The position numbers and the translations under genes are program-made. A stretch of 64,000 nt of DNA from Lingula anatina (Eukaryota; Animalia; Brachiopoda), in assembly GCA_051362555.1 (NCBI GenBank), contig CM120642.1:26536001-26600000 (forward strand), written 5' to 3'. A model generated the notes under the pieces. It was not told the DNA's origin. It saw only the letters and a list, made by a program, of their open reading frames with translations, and ran no database searches. Of the stretch, positions 61,442-64,000 are shown piece by piece (within the stretch, counting starts at the first letter, position 1; every line of letters starts with the position of its first letter).

Positions 61442-62671
61442 GTAAGTAGGATATAACATCGTTGATTGAACATTACGTTAGCTGGTAGTATAAAAAGTCC
61501 ACCTCCTCATATAAGGATATTGAGTGCATTTTTTCTCTAAGTCAGGGACTGATGGGGGGGGGGGGGTCAAATACACTTGCTGTGAACATGATTATGACAA
61601 GCCTTGTACGTGAAGTTATTTATTATTACGCAATAGCCAATAGGTATAAATATATGAGCATGAACGTAGATATTAAAAGTAAATAAGCCACAGGACTGCG
61701 GAACCAAATAGGTTTTGACAAAATCAAATATCAAAACGAAAAAGAAATCGGCCTGAAGATATACCAACTGCCTGCGAGTGCCTGTTAACACGTAGCGTCT
61801 ATATGATATGTGACACATGTACACGTGATGCACACTCGGAGTTGTTGATAAGATGTGTACACATGTGGTGCCAGTTATGCCAGTAAATTGTTTATATATA
61901 AATATGTGTATATATATTTATATATGTACGAGTACATGCACTAATGGCTGCACTAAAACCTTATCTTACGTAAACCTGTGTTCAACAGCTTGAAATCTCT
62001 GAACATGATTTTTAACATTTGAAGGACGACACCACCCCAAGAAAGATAATTAAATAAAAAATAAAATCAAATGATGAGCAGTTTCAAAATTTATGTATTT
62101 TGAAACCAATTTATAATTTATTTATATCGATGAATTATTGGTTTGTCATCGGGGGTGGTCCAAAATATCATAAGGGGGGTGGGCAAAAGTTAACTTTTTG
62201 TATCCTCTCCTTCCCAGCTCCTTATTTAATAAAATAAAATATGTCATAGTGGGACTCATGGTACTGGTATATCTTTTCATTTGGTAGAGGTGGGGTATGC
62301 TGGATATTTGGTAGCCCATTGCCACCTATGCTCCTTGTAAGGGTTGACCTCTGAGTATTATCACGGCGGGTTTGGGGATCAGATCCACTGCGACATGGTC
62401 CAAGAATAAACAAGCAAGACTTAGTATGTACTTCCACAAAGTCTGTTTTATTCCTGGTCGAAAGCTGGGACCTCCAGTCAGCTTGTTCAGCTGTCTGGTG
62501 TGGCCATTGCAAGTCCAGTCTCCCCTCTCAAATAATACATAGAAGTTATATAGCCTTTTTGAACAATGAACTATTGCTAGAGGTAAATGGTCCTAATTAC
62601 AGGTAGGAAGATGACTTAAGTTGATAAAATTATAATGAAAGAGCATGGTCAGTGACGTCTGGCTGTACTAA

Positions 62672-62885
62672 GACTGCATTCCCATAGATTTAGATCGATC
62701 CATCTAAATCGACCTAACTCCCTGGGGGTTCACGCTAAATTGATGTCAGCCAAGCACGCACGGTAGTTAATTACCCCTTACAGCTTTTAGTAGGCGGGAC
62801 AGACCCTTAAGCCAGCTAGGCTGACAGTAACCTAATGAGACTCCCCACAGGGATAGATCGATCTAAAATCTGTGGGAATGGGGTC
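62672..62885. mobile_element. PIF/Harbinger-like MITE, GATCGATC family, copy 3
   Basis: TAA|gactgcattcccatagatttagatcgatc ... gatcgatctaaaatctgtgggaatggggtc|TAA; a terminal fragment of the family is also at ~63605-63635. Confidence 0.75.
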
Positions 62886-63483
62886 TAACAGAGAGATCAC
62901 TGTCTGACCATTTCCTGTGTAGATAAATGAAGACTCATTAATTTTTATAATAATACAGTTGTGATAGTATTACAGTCAGATAGCTGCATATAGATGACAC
63001 AAAGTCATGTTGACATAGTTTCTTTGATGTGAAACTACGTTTGTGTGCAAATGATGTACACGTAACAGACTTTAGAATGTCACACATATTCTGAGGTTAT
63101 TCATTAACTACAAGTGGGCTCGGAGTGGCAGTTTTATATATGTCAGTAATATATGCCATTTGTAGTTCTAAAACATTTTTGACTTGGCAGGGTATTATAA
63201 AAGTGTAAGTTAACAAAATTTTATCATTTAATTAGCATAAGTTATTTTGGCAAGTTTCTGTTTCGAGGTGATTTTATTGGCAGTTGATAAAATGTTGAAA
63301 AAAAATACAGGTTCATGTGACTGAGTTTTGATAAACCTTAAAACCTATATTTCAGACGTATGATAAAAATTCTTCCATGGAAAAACAAGGGTGCAGTTCT
63401 GATAAAGATGATAATAGCACTACAAGGCCACAATGTGTAAGCATGTTGCATTCGACTTATTATCGGGTTTAGATGGAAGAGTG

Positions 63484-63882
63484 ATGGCAGGATGGAACGG
63501 AACCTGTGCTGTTTCCAATTGTTCTGGACATGGGATGTGTCATGAAGGCTCCTGCATATGTCAGGTAACGTAGTCCAGGGTTACGTATTAACATTTAAAA
63601 AAGGTAGATCGATCTAGGGATGGGAACCCAGTCTTGTTCTGCTGTTCATTGTAGTGGAGCAACTGACTGACTCTTACATATGCAGTTGTATTTTTATAAT
63701 AATGAATACCATGTGGTTCATAGTCAACCTCATAAATGGGAACCAAATTCTAACTGTCCTGTATATTTTGTTTGTTTTAGGTGCAGTTTACAGGAGGGAG
63801 GTGTGCTGAAATCAATCAAAGCTATTATATTGCGTTTGGCACATTCTTTTTCTTTTTATGCGCAATATCTATTATACAGCTG
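63484..63882 (+). CDS. 5' exons of an EGF-like + transmembrane protein (continues beyond the window)
   Basis: Exons 63484-63564 and 63781-63882 splice in phase 0 to give MAGWNGTCAVSNCSGHGMCHEGSCICQ|VQFTGGRCAEINQSYYIAFGTFFFFLCAISIIQL: a 6-Cys EGF-like domain followed by a hydrophobic helix, ending at a GTGAGT donor. Confidence 0.75.
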
Positions 63883-64000
63883 GTGAGTGTCAGTCTACAT
63901 CAACTGATTAAATTTTAAAATTAAGCCTTGTATTATTGTTGAGATTTTTTTTAATGCCATGAAAGATAAAAATGTATAATTAATTAATTCTTTTTATTGC

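Noticed and set aside
1-64000. tRNA, rRNA or other structured RNA genes
   Set aside because: None recognised by eye; tRNAscan-SE or Infernal would be needed to exclude them.

Overview
Intron-rich, AT-rich animal genomic DNA, probably from a marine invertebrate (lophotrochozoan-like gene content; the species cannot be determined from the sequence). From left to right: (1) a minus-strand tandem array of four paralogous secreted EGF-repeat genes (A partial at the window edge, B a duplicate truncated by a microhomology junction, C and D full-length with 13 and 16 complete EGF repeats in one exon plus a C-terminal VWC-like domain). All four carry a variable Lys-rich low-complexity loop inside a split EGF-like module. 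(2) A galactose-3-O-sulfotransferase homologue with both PAPS-binding motifs degenerate. (3) A 15-16 exon DUF885-family metallopeptidase-like gene. (4) A ~1 kb foldback DNA transposon with a 6-bp TSD. (5) A small, divergent PRD-class Q50 homeobox gene whose homeodomain is missed by the ORF track. (6) An HNK-1ST/CHST8-14-type sulfotransferase. (7) A 10-exon QSOX sulfhydryl oxidase with a young L1/Tx1-type LINE in intron 5. (8) The start of a divergently transcribed EGF+transmembrane gene. Several MITEs and SINE-like fragments are also present. All gene models were assembled by eye from GT-AG sites, intron phase and protein motifs and have no transcript support.
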